This document shows, piece after piece, positions 40,533 through 51,195 of a stretch of 64,000 nucleotides of DNA. The number at the start of each line of letters is the position of its first letter. The first letter of the stretch is position 1. The stretch is from Spirochaetia bacterium. Its GTDB lineage: Bacteria; Spirochaetota; Spirochaetia; SZUA-6; Bin103. The DNA lies in the NCBI GenBank assembly GCA_965199955.1, contig CBDATQ010000001.1:384001-448000 (forward strand), in the 5' to 3' direction. The position numbers were made by a program, and so were the translations under genes. The notes beneath the pieces were generated by a model, which did not search any database, was not told the DNA's origin, and worked only from the letters and a program-made list of their open reading frames with translations.

Positions 40533-40623
40533 AGCAGGCGGACAACTGCGCTACCATCGGCGCATCGACCCGAGGGAGGGCCGCGGGCCCTCGTCGCAAC
40601 CGACTCCCAAGAAGGAGAGGGAC

Positions 40624-42463
40624 ATGAAAACGAAGCGAATGCTGGCTCTGATCGCCTGCGGCTTGCTCCTTGCCGCCGGCACGGCGATCGGGGACGGCCA
40701 GGACGAGGTCGACCGGCTCTCGTTCAGCAACGAGGATACGCTCGAGCTCGTCTGGGGCGGGTACTCCGGAACGGAGATCACCGACGACAACTGGGTGAAG
40801 GTCCACATCGAGGACCTGTTCAACGTCGACATTACCAACACGATCATGCACGGCGGCCGGCAGGAAGCCCTCAACACCATGCTCGCCGCCGGCGAACATC
40901 CCGACGTGCTCTGGGGCTTCATCGACATGGTGGCGTGGTTCAACAAAGGGGGCCTTCCGCACCATTCCACGCGACATGATCGAGCGCTACGCTCCGAACT
41001 ACAGCGAGTTCATCGACAACGAGGGTCCGCTGACGTGGGGGGTGAGCCTGGCGCCCGGCTCCACCGACGAATACATGAACCTGCCGCGCGCCGAGCACTA
41101 CCAGCAGGGGTGTGACCGGCTGGCGTGGTGGCGGCTGGACTGGCTGCGCCAGATCGGCATGGACCCGGCGGGTCTGGACGGCAAGGCGCCGAAGCTGGGC
41201 GAGTTGAACGGCCTGATGTACGACGAGGGCGCTCCCGATCCGGAGGACCCGGCCGGCATGCCGGATACCTTCTACATGTGGTTCGGCCACTTCGACTGGG
41301 ACGAGGTGGAATCGATCATGGCCGGCTTCCGCGCGGCCGACTTCAACGGCAACGGTCAGCCGGACGAGATCCCCTTCGCCACCATGGGCGCCGGCCAAGG
41401 GTCCGAGGCCCAGGACATCGTGTTCTTCATGGGCCTGGGGATGGTCTTCGACGCGTTCGGCGTCAATTCCGTGGAGAACTACTACGATCCCGAGCAGGAC
41501 CTGACGGTACGCGAGGACACCTACTCGCAGAGCCGCGAGGCGCTGAAGGCGCTGCAGCGTTGGTTCCAACTGGGGTACCTGGATCAGAACCTGCCGGCGG
41601 TCACCCGTGCCGAGTGGGAGCAGCGCTGGCAGAACGGGTTGGCCGGCATGTGGTCGCGCGGCCAGAACTGCGGCACCAGCGCCCGCTACGGCGAACCGGG
41701 CGGGCACTGCGGGCGCCTCGTCAGGAACGTGCCGGAGGCCAAGCTGGTGACGACGCTGCCGATAATCGGTCCGACCGGCATCACGCGGTGTCCGTTCGAC
41801 GGGCGGTCCACGCCGATGAATCCGGGCATGGGCTACAGCATCAAGCACGACGTCACCGACGAGGAGCTGGCGCGCATCCTGCAGATCTTCGACTACCTCA
41901 ACTACGATTCGCAGGGCATCATCCACGGCCAGTGGGGTCCGCCCGGCCTGTTCTTCGACTGGAACGGCAAGGACGGCGCCGCAGGGACGCCGTACGACTG
42001 CATGAACAGTTGGGTCACGCCCAAGGAGGGCGTGTCGGGCTACGGCCAGCACTACGGCTTCTTCTACTACAACGCCTACCACTGGCACGACGGCTTCCGC
42101 TTCTGCACCGTGAACAAGGATCGGGATGACCTGACCGAGGGCGTCACGTGGCAGAACTTCATGAAGAAGAACCCGTACATCCAGGAAATCTCGACCCCGG
42201 ACCATCGGGAAGACATCTTCACCCAGACCGACTATCTGCCGCTCTGGGCGGAGTTCGGCGACGGGCTGACCACGCTCAAGCAGGAGACCTGGTGGCGCTA
42301 CATCACCACCGACGTCGACATCGACGCCGACTGGCAGCGCTACGTCGACGAGTGGATGAGTATCGGCGGGCGCGAGATCCTCGACGAGCTCAACAAGGCG
42401 CCGCTGGTTTCGGACATCCGTACGGGCGCCGCCCACCTTGCCGACATGCTCCCGCAGTATTGA
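40624..42463 (+). CDS. Extracellular solute-binding protein, frameshifted near 40950
   Basis: Signal peptide and LNTMLAAGEHPD in one frame; continues (GAFRTIPRD)MIERYAPNY...RLDWL...DFNGNGQPDEIP. One extra G in the G5 run at 40948-40952. Confidence 0.85.
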
Positions 42464-42501
42464 GGCGATCGTGAGCTGACGTTCACGGAACCGACGCACA
42501 T

Positions 42502-42537
42502 GGGCGGCCGCTCCCACGTGGGGTGGCCGCCCTTTTT
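42502..42537 (+). terminator. Rho-independent terminator
   Basis: gggcggccgctccc-acgt-ggggtggccgccc hairpin followed by TTTTT. Confidence 0.85.
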
Positions 42538-42605
42538 CGTGGGTCGGACGCCGGGTGCGCTACAGTGCGCACCACCCGAGCCGAAGGCGCGTCCAATGAG
42601 GTGAC

Positions 42606-44393
42606 ATGAAGATAGCGGATACGTGGGATCTGGAGTCGATCTTCGCCGGCGGCAGCACGTCGCCCGAGTTTCGGGACTTCGTCGCCGAACTGGAACGCGA
42701 TGTCGCCGGGGCAGGCGAGCGCGTCCGCGCGCTGGACGAGTCGACGACGGACGCCGAGGTCCGCACCGTGCTGCTGGACGCGCAGGCCGCCGAGGAGCGG
42801 CTGGACCAGGTGTTCTCCTTCGCCGAGTGCCTGCGCGCCCAGGACACGGCCGATGCCGAGGCGGTGCAGTGGGTCGGGCGGGTCGACGCGCTGGGGGCGT
42901 CGCTCAAGGCGCTCGGCGCCGCGCTGTCGGCGTTCACGGCCCGGCTCGCGGACGAGCGCTGGCGGACGCTGACGGAAAGCGCCGAGCTCCGCGCGGTGGC
43001 GTTCCTGCTGAGCCGGGAACGCGACCTGGCGCGGCGCAAGCTGGACGCCCGGACCGAGGGGCTGGTGGAGGAGCTGGCGGCCGACGGCTACCACGCCTGG
43101 GACCGCCAGTACACGACGCTCGCGGGCTCGCTGCGGGCCGAGGTGGAGGTGGACGGCGAGTCGCGCCGGCTCTCCATGGGACAGCTCGCCGCCCGCCTGG
43201 AGGAGCCCGCGCGCGCGGACCGCAAGGCCGCGTTCGAGGCGCTGGAGGGCGCGTGGCGACCGGTCGCGGACCTGGCCGCCGGCGCGCTCAACAGCCAGGC
43301 CGGCTTCCGTCTGACCTGGTACCGCCACCGCGGCTGGGACTCCGTGCTCGACGAGCCGCTCTACCTGAACCGGATGGAGGCGCGGTCGCTGGACGCCATG
43401 TGGGCGGCGGTGGCCGACGGGGCGGCTCGCCTGGTTCCCTACCTGCAGGCGAAGGCGCGGCTGATCGGCGTGGATGCTCCCTGCTGGTACGACATGCAGG
43501 CCCCGGTGGGAGCCGCCGAGGACGAGCTGTCCTTCGACGCGGCCGCGACGCGAATCCTGGATTGCTTCGAGGACCACGATCCCGACCTGAGCGCGTTCGT
43601 CCGGCACGCCTACGACGGCCGCTGGATCGAGGCGGCCGACCGCGAGGGCAAGGCGGCCGGCGGCTTCTGCACGACGCTGCCGCTGAGCCGCCAGACGCGC
43701 ATCTTCATGACCTATGGAGGGACCTTCGGCGGCGCGACCACGCTCGCCCACGAGCTCGGGCACGCCCACCACTCCTGGCTGCTGCGCGAGCGTCCCTACT
43801 ACGCGACCTCCTATCCGATGACCCTGGCGGAGACCGCCAGCACCTTCTGCGAGGGACTGCTGATCTCGGCCGCGCTCGATGAGACGACGGACGCCGGCGT
43901 GCGGCTGCGGCTGCTGGACCGGGTGCTGGAGGAGGCGGCCACCATGCTCATGAATCTGCGGTCCCGCTTCCTGTTCGAGATCGACTTCTACCGGGAACGG
44001 GCATCCGGTCCGCTGACGGCGGCGGAGCTGGACGAGCTGATGGTCGGCGCCCAGCGCCGGGCGTTCTGCGACGCCCTGGCGCCGGACGGCTACCATCCGC
44101 TGTTCTGGGCGTCGAAGATGCACTTCTACTTCACCGACGTGCCCTTCTACAACTTCCCGTACGTGGTGGGATACCTGCTGGCCAGCGGCCTGGCCGCGCG
44201 CGCCGCCGACGCGGGCGGTGAGTTCGCGGCCGACTACGGGCGGCTGCTTGCCGACACGGGCGTCATGACCTGCGAGGAGCTCGCCCGCCGCCACCTGGGC
44301 GTCGACCTGGGGCAGCCGGACTTCTGGCAGTCCGCCGTCGATCGTCCCCTGTCCCACGTCGACGAGTTTGTGAGGCTGGCGGCGGGCCCATGA
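42606..44393 (+). CDS. pepF: M3-family oligoendopeptidase F
   Basis: TWDLESIF, GKAAGGFCT, TLAHELGHAHH, LAETASTF, FYNFPY. Confidence 0.93.
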   Translation: MKIADTWDLESIFAGGSTSPEFRDFVAELERDVAGAGERVRALDESTTDAEVRTVLLDAQAAEERLDQVFSFAECLRAQDTADAEAVQWVGRVDALGASLKALGAALSAFTARLADERWRTLTESAELRAVAFLLSRERDLARRKLDARTEGLVEELAADGYHAWDRQYTTLAGSLRAEVEVDGESRRLSMGQLAARLEEPARADRKAAFEALEGAWRPVADLAAGALNSQAGFRLTWYRHRGWDSVLDEPLYLNRMEARSLDAMWAAVADGAARLVPYLQAKARLIGVDAPCWYDMQAPVGAAEDELSFDAAATRILDCFEDHDPDLSAFVRHAYDGRWIEAADREGKAAGGFCTTLPLSRQTRIFMTYGGTFGGATTLAHELGHAHHSWLLRERPYYATSYPMTLAETASTFCEGLLISAALDETTDAGVRLRLLDRVLEEAATMLMNLRSRFLFEIDFYRERASGPLTAAELDELMVGAQRRAFCDALAPDGYHPLFWASKMHFYFTDVPFYNFPYVVGYLLASGLAARAADAGGEFAADYGRLLADTGVMTCEELARRHLGVDLGQPDFWQSAVDRPLSHVDEFVRLAAGP

Positions 44394-45469
44394 AGAGCAG
44401 ACCTCCCTGGAGCCGGCCGATCTGCAAGGTGGCAGGCGACTACCTGGCGTGGCCAACGGTCGCGGCCTGCGCGAGCGGGGAGGTCCTGGTGGCCTTCTCC
44501 GGCGACCGCGAGGAGCACGTTTGCCCGTACGGCAAGACGCTGCTGATCAGGAGCGGCGACGGCGGAGAGACCTGGACGGAGCCTGTGATCATCAACAGCA
44601 CGCCGCTCGACGACCGCGACGCGGGCATCGTCGAGCTGGCCTCGGGCACGCTGGTGATGAGCTGGTTCACCTGCGCGACCTGGGAACACTTCGAAGCATT
44701 CCTGGCCCGCGACCGCTGGGAGCCGGCGCAGATCGACGCGTGGGCACGGCACTGCAGCAAGGTCCCGGAAGAGGTCCGCCGCGCCTGGCTGGGAAGCTGG
44801 ACGCGGCGCTCGACCGACGGCGGGCGCACGTGGGAGCCGCCGGTGCCCAGCATCGTCTCCGCCCCGCACGGCCCGGTGCAGGCCGCCGGCGGCGAGCTGC
44901 TGTATGCCGGCACCGCCGAGGTAAACGGCCGCGGCGCGGTGCTGCTGGCCACGTCCGCCGACGAGGCGCGGTCGTGGCAGGTCGCGGGCACCGTCTTGTA
45001 TCTGGAGGACTATCCCGGCGAGCACTCCGTCTTCAGCGAGCCGCACGTGGCCGAGCTGGCCGGCGGCGAGCTGCTGGTCATCCTCCGCACCGACAACGGC
45101 GCGGCGGGGATCCACTCCTGCCGCTCAGGCGACCGCGGGCGCACCTGGTCACCGCCGGAGCCGACCGGGATGATCGGCTTTGATCAGCCCGGACACCTGA
45201 TCCGGCTGGCGGACGGGCGGCTGCTCTGTACCTACGGGCGCCGCAGCGCTCCGTTCGGCCAGCGCGCCTGCCTGTCGGAGGACGAGGGCCGCTCCTGGCG
45301 GCTGGACGCGGAGGTCGTCCTGCGCGACGACGGCCCCAACACGGACCTGGGCTACCCGGCGACCGCCGAGCTCTCCCCCGGCGAGCTGCTCACGGTCTAC
45401 TATCAGGTGGACCGTCCGGGCGAGAAGGTGTGCATCAACGCCACCCGGTGGAGCCTGGACGGTTCCTGA
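44390..45469 (+). CDS. Sialidase-like BNR/Asp-box protein
   Basis: Asp-boxes RSGDGGETW, STDGGRTW, SGDRGRTW, SEDEGRSW; DLGYP. Confidence 0.88.
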   Translation: MKSRPPWSRPICKVAGDYLAWPTVAACASGEVLVAFSGDREEHVCPYGKTLLIRSGDGGETWTEPVIINSTPLDDRDAGIVELASGTLVMSWFTCATWEHFEAFLARDRWEPAQIDAWARHCSKVPEEVRRAWLGSWTRRSTDGGRTWEPPVPSIVSAPHGPVQAAGGELLYAGTAEVNGRGAVLLATSADEARSWQVAGTVLYLEDYPGEHSVFSEPHVAELAGGELLVILRTDNGAAGIHSCRSGDRGRTWSPPEPTGMIGFDQPGHLIRLADGRLLCTYGRRSAPFGQRACLSEDEGRSWRLDAEVVLRDDGPNTDLGYPATAELSPGELLTVYYQVDRPGEKVCINATRWSLDGS

Positions 45470-45488
45470 AACGCACTGAGAGGAACCC

Positions 45489-46610
45489 ATGCACCGACCC
45501 TTCGTCATAGACCTGCACCTGGACCTGGCGTGGGATGCCCTGTTCTGGAACCGCGACCTGACGCTCGACGTCGCCGCCATGCGCGCGCTGGAGGAGGCCG
45601 AGCCGCCGCAGGTGTCTCCCGACATCAACACCGGCATCTGCACCGTGACCGTTCCCGAGCTCCGCCGAGGCCGGGTCGGGCTGGTGCTGTCCACCATCAT
45701 GTCGCGCATCCAGTCTCGCGACGGCCACATGCGTGACGGCATGCGCACGCAGGAACAGGCGATGGAGATGGGCCGCGGCCACCTGGCCTACTACCGGACC
45801 CTGCACAAGCGCGGGCTGTTCAAGCCGGTCCTGGGCGTCGCCGACCTGGACGAGGCGCTTGCCACGTGGCGCGATCCGGACGACGAGGCCGCCGCCTCGG
45901 CTCCCATCTACCACCTGCTCTCCATGGAGAGCGCCGACCCGATCGAGGACCCGGACGACGTCGCCTTCTGGTGGGATGCCGGCCTGCGCGTCGTCGGGCC
46001 CGCCCACTTCGGCGACAACACCTACATCCACGGGACCGGCACCGAAGGCGGCCTCAAGCCCCCGGCCGCCGATCTCTACCGGGCCATGCGGGAGGCCGGC
46101 ATGATCCTGGACATCACCCACATGGCCGACCAGGCGGTGTGGGAGTCGTTCGAGCTCTGGGACGGTCCGGTGATGGCCTCGCACTGCACCTGCCGCGCGC
46201 TGGTGCCGGGGCAGCGCCACCTGCATGACGACATGATCAGGGAGCTTCTGCGCCGCGGCGGCATCATCGGCCTGGTGTTCTGCCAGTCTTTCATCGATCC
46301 CGAGATCGAATGGGAGAACCGGCGCCGGATGCACGAGTCCGGCTGGAAGCCCGGGTACGCGATGGACGGCCTGCTTCCGCACGTGGAGCGCATCGCCGAC
46401 CTGGCCGGAGGCGCGATCGCCAACATCGCCATCGGCACCGACATGGACGGCGGCTTCGGGGCGGAGCTCACGCCGACCGACGTCGACACGATCGCCGACG
46501 TCGGCGGCTTCGGTCAGGTCCTGCGCACGGCGGGATACGGACAGGCGGACGCCGATGCGATCCTGCACGGCAACGCGCTGCGCTTCTTCCGCGACTCGTG
46601 GGCTGATTGA
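45489..46610 (+). CDS. M19 membrane dipeptidase family protein
   Basis: IDLHLD, SMESAD, LDITH, ASH, IAIGTDMDGG. Confidence 0.9.
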   Translation: MHRPFVIDLHLDLAWDALFWNRDLTLDVAAMRALEEAEPPQVSPDINTGICTVTVPELRRGRVGLVLSTIMSRIQSRDGHMRDGMRTQEQAMEMGRGHLAYYRTLHKRGLFKPVLGVADLDEALATWRDPDDEAAASAPIYHLLSMESADPIEDPDDVAFWWDAGLRVVGPAHFGDNTYIHGTGTEGGLKPPAADLYRAMREAGMILDITHMADQAVWESFELWDGPVMASHCTCRALVPGQRHLHDDMIRELLRRGGIIGLVFCQSFIDPEIEWENRRRMHESGWKPGYAMDGLLPHVERIADLAGGAIANIAIGTDMDGGFGAELTPTDVDTIADVGGFGQVLRTAGYGQADADAILHGNALRFFRDSWAD

Positions 46611-46654
46611 CCCGCTGACCGCCCGCTCTCCGCACGACCCCCGAGCCGGATCGC

Positions 46655-46831
46655 TTGATCGACCTCGTCGCCCAGATCTTCTTCTCGGCGCTGTTCGCGG
46701 TGACCGGCGCCGGCGGCGTGATCGGCACCGCATTGATGGCGTACGTGATCCTGCGCGAGCGCCCGCGCGGGCTCCGCGGGCTCGGCGTCGGCGTGGCGGC
46801 AGCCGCGCTGGTCCCGCTGCAGGTGAACTGA
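46655..46831 (+). CDS. Small hydrophobic protein (58 aa)
   Basis: Not in the ORF track; TTG start, MIDLVAQIFFSALFAVTGAGGVIGTALMAYVIL-RERPR-GLRGLGVGVAAAALVPLQVN*; high-GC codon usage. Confidence 0.45.
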   Translation: MIDLVAQIFFSALFAVTGAGGVIGTALMAYVILRERPRGLRGLGVGVAAAALVPLQVN

Positions 46832-46885
46832 GCGCGAACGGCCGCGTGGTACGCTCTGTGGGCGTTCGGAGGTACGGGTTCCGTC

Positions 46886-48421
46886 ATGCATGAGATCGGC
46901 AGCGACAAGCAACTGTTCATCGACCACCGGTTCATCGAGTCGTCCGAGCACGTGAAGCTGGTCGTCAATCCGCCCGTCAAGCGCGAGGGCGCGGTGCTGC
47001 GGGCCGACTGCCCGTGGGACCGGTTCGCGCTGGGGTGGTACAGCATCGTCGACGACGGCGGCACCTACAAGATGTGGTACTACGGCGCGGAGCGCGACCC
47101 GCGGCCCACCCACATCGAGGGCGAGGCGAGGCCCCTCGGCCACCTGACCGGCTACGTCGTTCCGGCCGGCACCCCGCGCGCGAGCCTGCCCGTGCCGGGC
47201 CGCTACCGCCTCTGCTACGCCGAGTCGCACGACGGCCTGGAGTGGGAGAAGCCGGAGCTGGGCCTGGTCGAGTTCGACGGCTCGAAGCGCAACAACATCG
47301 TCGGCGGGGACTTCAAGCTCGCCTACGTCTTCCTGGACCCGCACGGCCCGGAGTCCGAGCGCTTCAAGCTTATCCACTGGACCGGGCCGGGCATCGCGGT
47401 CACCACCTCCGCCGACGGCCTCCGCTGGGACCGGCCGTCCCGGCAGGTGAGCATGCTGGCCGCGGACACGCAGAAGATGGCGTGGTGGGAACCCCGACTG
47501 AACCGCTACGTCGTCTACCTGCGCGTGATGGTGGAGGAGGACAACCGGCCGATGTTCCCGTTCGTGGAGCCGATCGACAGCGATCCGCCGGTGGTGGCGC
47601 CGAAGCTGCTGCGCCCGGTGCGCGCGGTCGGCCGGGTCGAGGTGGACGACCTCCTGTCCCCCTGGCCGGAGGAGGAGGTCCGCACCGTCTTCGCCGCGGA
47701 CGAGCACGACCCGCCCGACTCCGACATCTACACGCATGGGCTCTACCGCTATCCGTACGCGGCCGACGCCTTCTTCATGTTCCCAATGACCTACCAGCAC
47801 TTCCGGGAAGGCGAGTCGCCGGTGCGCAACGACGGGCTCAACGACAGCCAGTTCGCAGCCAGCCGCGACGGCATCCACTGGATGCGGTACGACCGCCGTT
47901 CCTACCTGCCGCGCGGCGTGGCGGGCGATCCCGACTGCGGGCAGACCCACACCAGCGAGTTCCACTTCCGCGACGGCAACCACCTGTACCAGTACTATGG
48001 CGCCGGGCCCTGGACGCACGGCGGCTTCCGCCGGCTCGACCTGGCGCAGCGCTCGGACCCGGCCAACCAGGGGCGCGGCTTCATCAACGTCGCCCGCCAG
48101 CGGCTGGACGGGTTCGTGTCCGCCGACGCGGACTACACCGGCGGCACGCTGACCACGCCGCCGGTCGTCTTCAGTGGCCGGGAGCTGACGCTGAACGTCG
48201 ACGTGGCCGCCATGGGCGAAGCGCGGGTCGAGCTGCAGGGCGCCGATGGCCGCCCGCTACCGGGGTTCTCGGTGGACGAGTGCGACCGAGTGATGGTCAA
48301 CGACGTCGCCCACACCGTAAGCTGGAACGGTAACCGGGACGTGCACGACCTGGCTGGCCGGCCGGTGCGGCTGAAGGTCGTGATGCGGGCAGCGAAGCTG
48401 TTCGCGTTCCAGTTCTCATAG
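46886..48421 (+). CDS. Hypothetical glycoside-hydrolase-like beta-propeller protein with beta-sandwich C-terminus
   Basis: KQLFIDHRFI, YKMWYY, CYAESHDGLEWEKPELGLVEF, SRDGIHW, RLDGFVS, LTLNVD, KLFAFQF. Confidence 0.75.
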   Translation: MHEIGSDKQLFIDHRFIESSEHVKLVVNPPVKREGAVLRADCPWDRFALGWYSIVDDGGTYKMWYYGAERDPRPTHIEGEARPLGHLTGYVVPAGTPRASLPVPGRYRLCYAESHDGLEWEKPELGLVEFDGSKRNNIVGGDFKLAYVFLDPHGPESERFKLIHWTGPGIAVTTSADGLRWDRPSRQVSMLAADTQKMAWWEPRLNRYVVYLRVMVEEDNRPMFPFVEPIDSDPPVVAPKLLRPVRAVGRVEVDDLLSPWPEEEVRTVFAADEHDPPDSDIYTHGLYRYPYAADAFFMFPMTYQHFREGESPVRNDGLNDSQFAASRDGIHWMRYDRRSYLPRGVAGDPDCGQTHTSEFHFRDGNHLYQYYGAGPWTHGGFRRLDLAQRSDPANQGRGFINVARQRLDGFVSADADYTGGTLTTPPVVFSGRELTLNVDVAAMGEARVELQGADGRPLPGFSVDECDRVMVNDVAHTVSWNGNRDVHDLAGRPVRLKVVMRAAKLFAFQFS

Positions 48422-48440
48422 TCCGTCGACAGGGGGTGCG

Positions 48441-49457
48441 GTGGTGAGCGATTCGAGGGCATTGAGATGGGCGCTGATCGGCTGCGGTTCGGCAGGGCGC
48501 GAGCATGCGCGCGGCGCGGCGGCGGATCCGGACGTCGCCGTGCGCGGCTTCTGTGACATTGAGCCCGCCTCCGCGGCGGCCATGGCGGGCGAGCACGACG
48601 GCGCCTGGCACACGACCGATCCCGCACGGGTCTTCTCCGACCCGGAGATCGACCTGGTCTCCATCGCCACCGCGCACGACTCGCACGCCGAGTTGGCGAT
48701 CGCGGCGCTGCAGGCAGGCAAGCACCTGTTCCTGGAGAAGCCGATGGCCATGACCTCGGCCGACTGCCTGCGGATCGAGGCGGCGCGGTCGGCCGCGGAC
48801 CGGCGCCTGATGCTCAACCACTCGATCCGCTTCTCCGGTGCGGCGCGGGCGATCCGCGAGCGGCTCGGCCCGGTCATGGTCAGCCACGGGCAGTGCACGA
48901 TGGCGCCGGCCGACCTGCGGCGATGGCGCTGGCATCCGACACAGGGCGGCGGGACCGTGTACGACGTGGGCGTGCACGCCCTGGATCTGCTGTGCTGGAT
49001 GCATCGGGACCACCCGGTCGAGGTCTACGCCACCGGCGGCGCGGTGCGCCATCCGGAGGAGCTGCGCGGCACCGGCCTGCTGGACACCATCGCGGCGACG
49101 CTGCGCTTCGCGGACGGCGGCGCGGCCACGTTCCTGATGGCCGATTCGGGCCAGAACGAGCTGACCGGCAAGTGGTTCTTCGAGTTCTTCGACGGTTCGG
49201 CGTCCGCGGTGCTGCACGAGCACTTCAAGGCGGCGACGATCACCCGCCGGGATCCGGACACCGGCCAGGACGACTCGGAGACCCTGCGCCCGGGACCGGC
49301 CGCCCGCTTCGCGCCGCTGGTCGCCGCGATCCGCGACGGCACCGAGACGCCGGTCGGGCCGGCGGAGGGCATCCGTACCGCGCTGGTGGTGGAGCGCATC
49401 CTCGAATCGATCGCGACCGGGCGGCCGCAGCCCTGGGTGGGTCCGGGCTCGGCGTAG
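48441..49457 (+). CDS. Gfo/Idh/MocA oxidoreductase
   Basis: ALIGCG, GKHLFLEKPMA, GGGTVYDVGVHALD. Confidence 0.92.
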   Translation: MVSDSRALRWALIGCGSAGREHARGAAADPDVAVRGFCDIEPASAAAMAGEHDGAWHTTDPARVFSDPEIDLVSIATAHDSHAELAIAALQAGKHLFLEKPMAMTSADCLRIEAARSAADRRLMLNHSIRFSGAARAIRERLGPVMVSHGQCTMAPADLRRWRWHPTQGGGTVYDVGVHALDLLCWMHRDHPVEVYATGGAVRHPEELRGTGLLDTIAATLRFADGGAATFLMADSGQNELTGKWFFEFFDGSASAVLHEHFKAATITRRDPDTGQDDSETLRPGPAARFAPLVAAIRDGTETPVGPAEGIRTALVVERILESIATGRPQPWVGPGSA

Positions 49458-49581
49458 GGTGCGCGGCCTGCGTGGCCTCGCCGCCGATCGCTCACGAACT
49501 TCTGACAGGACGCTATCGAAACCAGGAGGATCGAGATGGTCTCATCGCCTCCGCAAACCATGTCCATGGAGGACACGTCAA

Positions 49582-51099
49582 ATGAACATCAATACGCATT
49601 CGACACTTCGGGTGGCCGCGCTGGCGGTGGCGGCACTCCTTTCGATCGCCGGCATCGGCTTCGCCGCGCCGGTCGAACTGACCATCGTTCACTTCAACGA
49701 CCTGGATCGGATGGAAGCGAGCGGCGGGCAGGGCGGGATCGCCCGCCTCGCCGCGGTCATCAGGGCCGAGCGGGAGAACCGCGACCACGTCCTGGTCACT
49801 TTCGCCGGGGACACGATCTCGCCGTCCCTGATGTCCGGCTTCGACCAGGGTGCGCACATGATCGAGCTGCTGAACCGGCTGGACCTGACGGCGATGGCGA
49901 TCGGCAATCACGAGTACGACTTCGGGCCGGAGGTCGCCACGCAGCGGTTCGCAGAGGCGAGCTTCCCGATCCTGGGCGCCAACAACATCGACACCGACGG
50001 TGAGATCATCGACGGAGCGCAGGCATCGATACTGGTCGACGTCGGGCCCTTCAAGGTCGGCATCTTCGGCCTCACCACCCTCGGCACCGCGGTCAAGTCC
50101 AGCCCGGGCGGGGTGACCTTCCGCGATGTCGAGGCGGTTGCCGCCGAGCAGGCCGCCGCCCTGCGTGAGGCGGGCGCCAACCTGGTCATCGCCCTGGCGC
50201 ACACCGACGTCACCGAGGATGAGGCGCTGATCGAGCAGGGCGCCGTGGACCTGCTGCTCTCCGGCGACGATCACCTGCTGCGGCTGGACTACCGCGGGGA
50301 CGTGCTGTTCGCCGAATCGAGCGAGCAGGCCGACTGGGTCACGGTCATCGACCTGACGCTGGACGAGGTCGAGAGCCGCGGCAGCATGCGGTTCGTGTGG
50401 AGCCCGGCCTTCAGGATCATCAACACCGCCCGCGTGGAGCCGGACCCGGAGCTGGCCGCGGCGGCTCAGGTCTACCTGGACCAGCTCTCCGAGGAGCTGG
50501 ACGTGCAGATCGGCACCACCTCCACCGAGCTGGACAGCCGCCGCGCCACGGTGCGCGGCACGGAAGCGGCGATCGGCAACCTGATCGCCGATGCCATGCG
50601 CGCGGCGACCGGCGCGGACGCCGCCCTGACCAACGGCGGCGGGATCCGGGCCAACCGGATCTACGAGCCCGGGACGACGCTGACGCGGCGCGACATCCTC
50701 AGCGAGCTGCCGTTCGGCAACGTCACCGTGGTGCTGGAGGTGACCGGCCGCGACATCGTCGCGGCGCTGGAGAACGGACTCGGGAGGATCGAGGATGGGG
50801 CAGGCCGCTTCCCGCACGTCGCGGGGCTCAGCGTGCTCTACGACCCCGGCAAGCCGGCCGGCCAGCGGGTGGTGGAGGTGAGCCGCGACGGCGCCGCGCT
50901 CGACCCGGACGTCACCATCACGCTGGCGACCAACGACTACCTCGGCAACGGCGGCGACGGTTATGACGTGTTCAAGGACAAGGTTCGAGTGATCGACGCC
51001 TACGCCGGGACGCTGATGGCCAGCCAGGTGATCGACTACATCGCCGCCCATGGCTCGGTCGCCCCGGTGGTCGACGGCCGGCTCAAGACGGTCGAGTGA
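49582..51099 (+). CDS. Secreted 5'-nucleotidase / UDP-sugar hydrolase family protein
   Basis: Signal peptide; HFND, AGD, GNHEYDFG, NGGGIR, ELPFGN. Confidence 0.93.
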   Translation: MNINTHSTLRVAALAVAALLSIAGIGFAAPVELTIVHFNDLDRMEASGGQGGIARLAAVIRAERENRDHVLVTFAGDTISPSLMSGFDQGAHMIELLNRLDLTAMAIGNHEYDFGPEVATQRFAEASFPILGANNIDTDGEIIDGAQASILVDVGPFKVGIFGLTTLGTAVKSSPGGVTFRDVEAVAAEQAAALREAGANLVIALAHTDVTEDEALIEQGAVDLLLSGDDHLLRLDYRGDVLFAESSEQADWVTVIDLTLDEVESRGSMRFVWSPAFRIINTARVEPDPELAAAAQVYLDQLSEELDVQIGTTSTELDSRRATVRGTEAAIGNLIADAMRAATGADAALTNGGGIRANRIYEPGTTLTRRDILSELPFGNVTVVLEVTGRDIVAALENGLGRIEDGAGRFPHVAGLSVLYDPGKPAGQRVVEVSRDGAALDPDVTITLATNDYLGNGGDGYDVFKDKVRVIDAYAGTLMASQVIDYIAAHGSVAPVVDGRLKTVE

Positions 51100-51195
51100 C
51101 GGCGGCACGGTGGAGCAGAACGGACCGATGGGTGACCGGCCCAGGATCGAGTCCGTGCGCGCAAGCCGCGCGTTCATCCGGAGCGGTCTCGGTCT

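Noticed and set aside
49525..49552. Imperfect hairpin GGAGG...CCTCC upstream of the 5'-nucleotidase, as a possible riboswitch
   Set aside because: No match to any riboswitch consensus I can recognise; would need an Rfam/Infernal search
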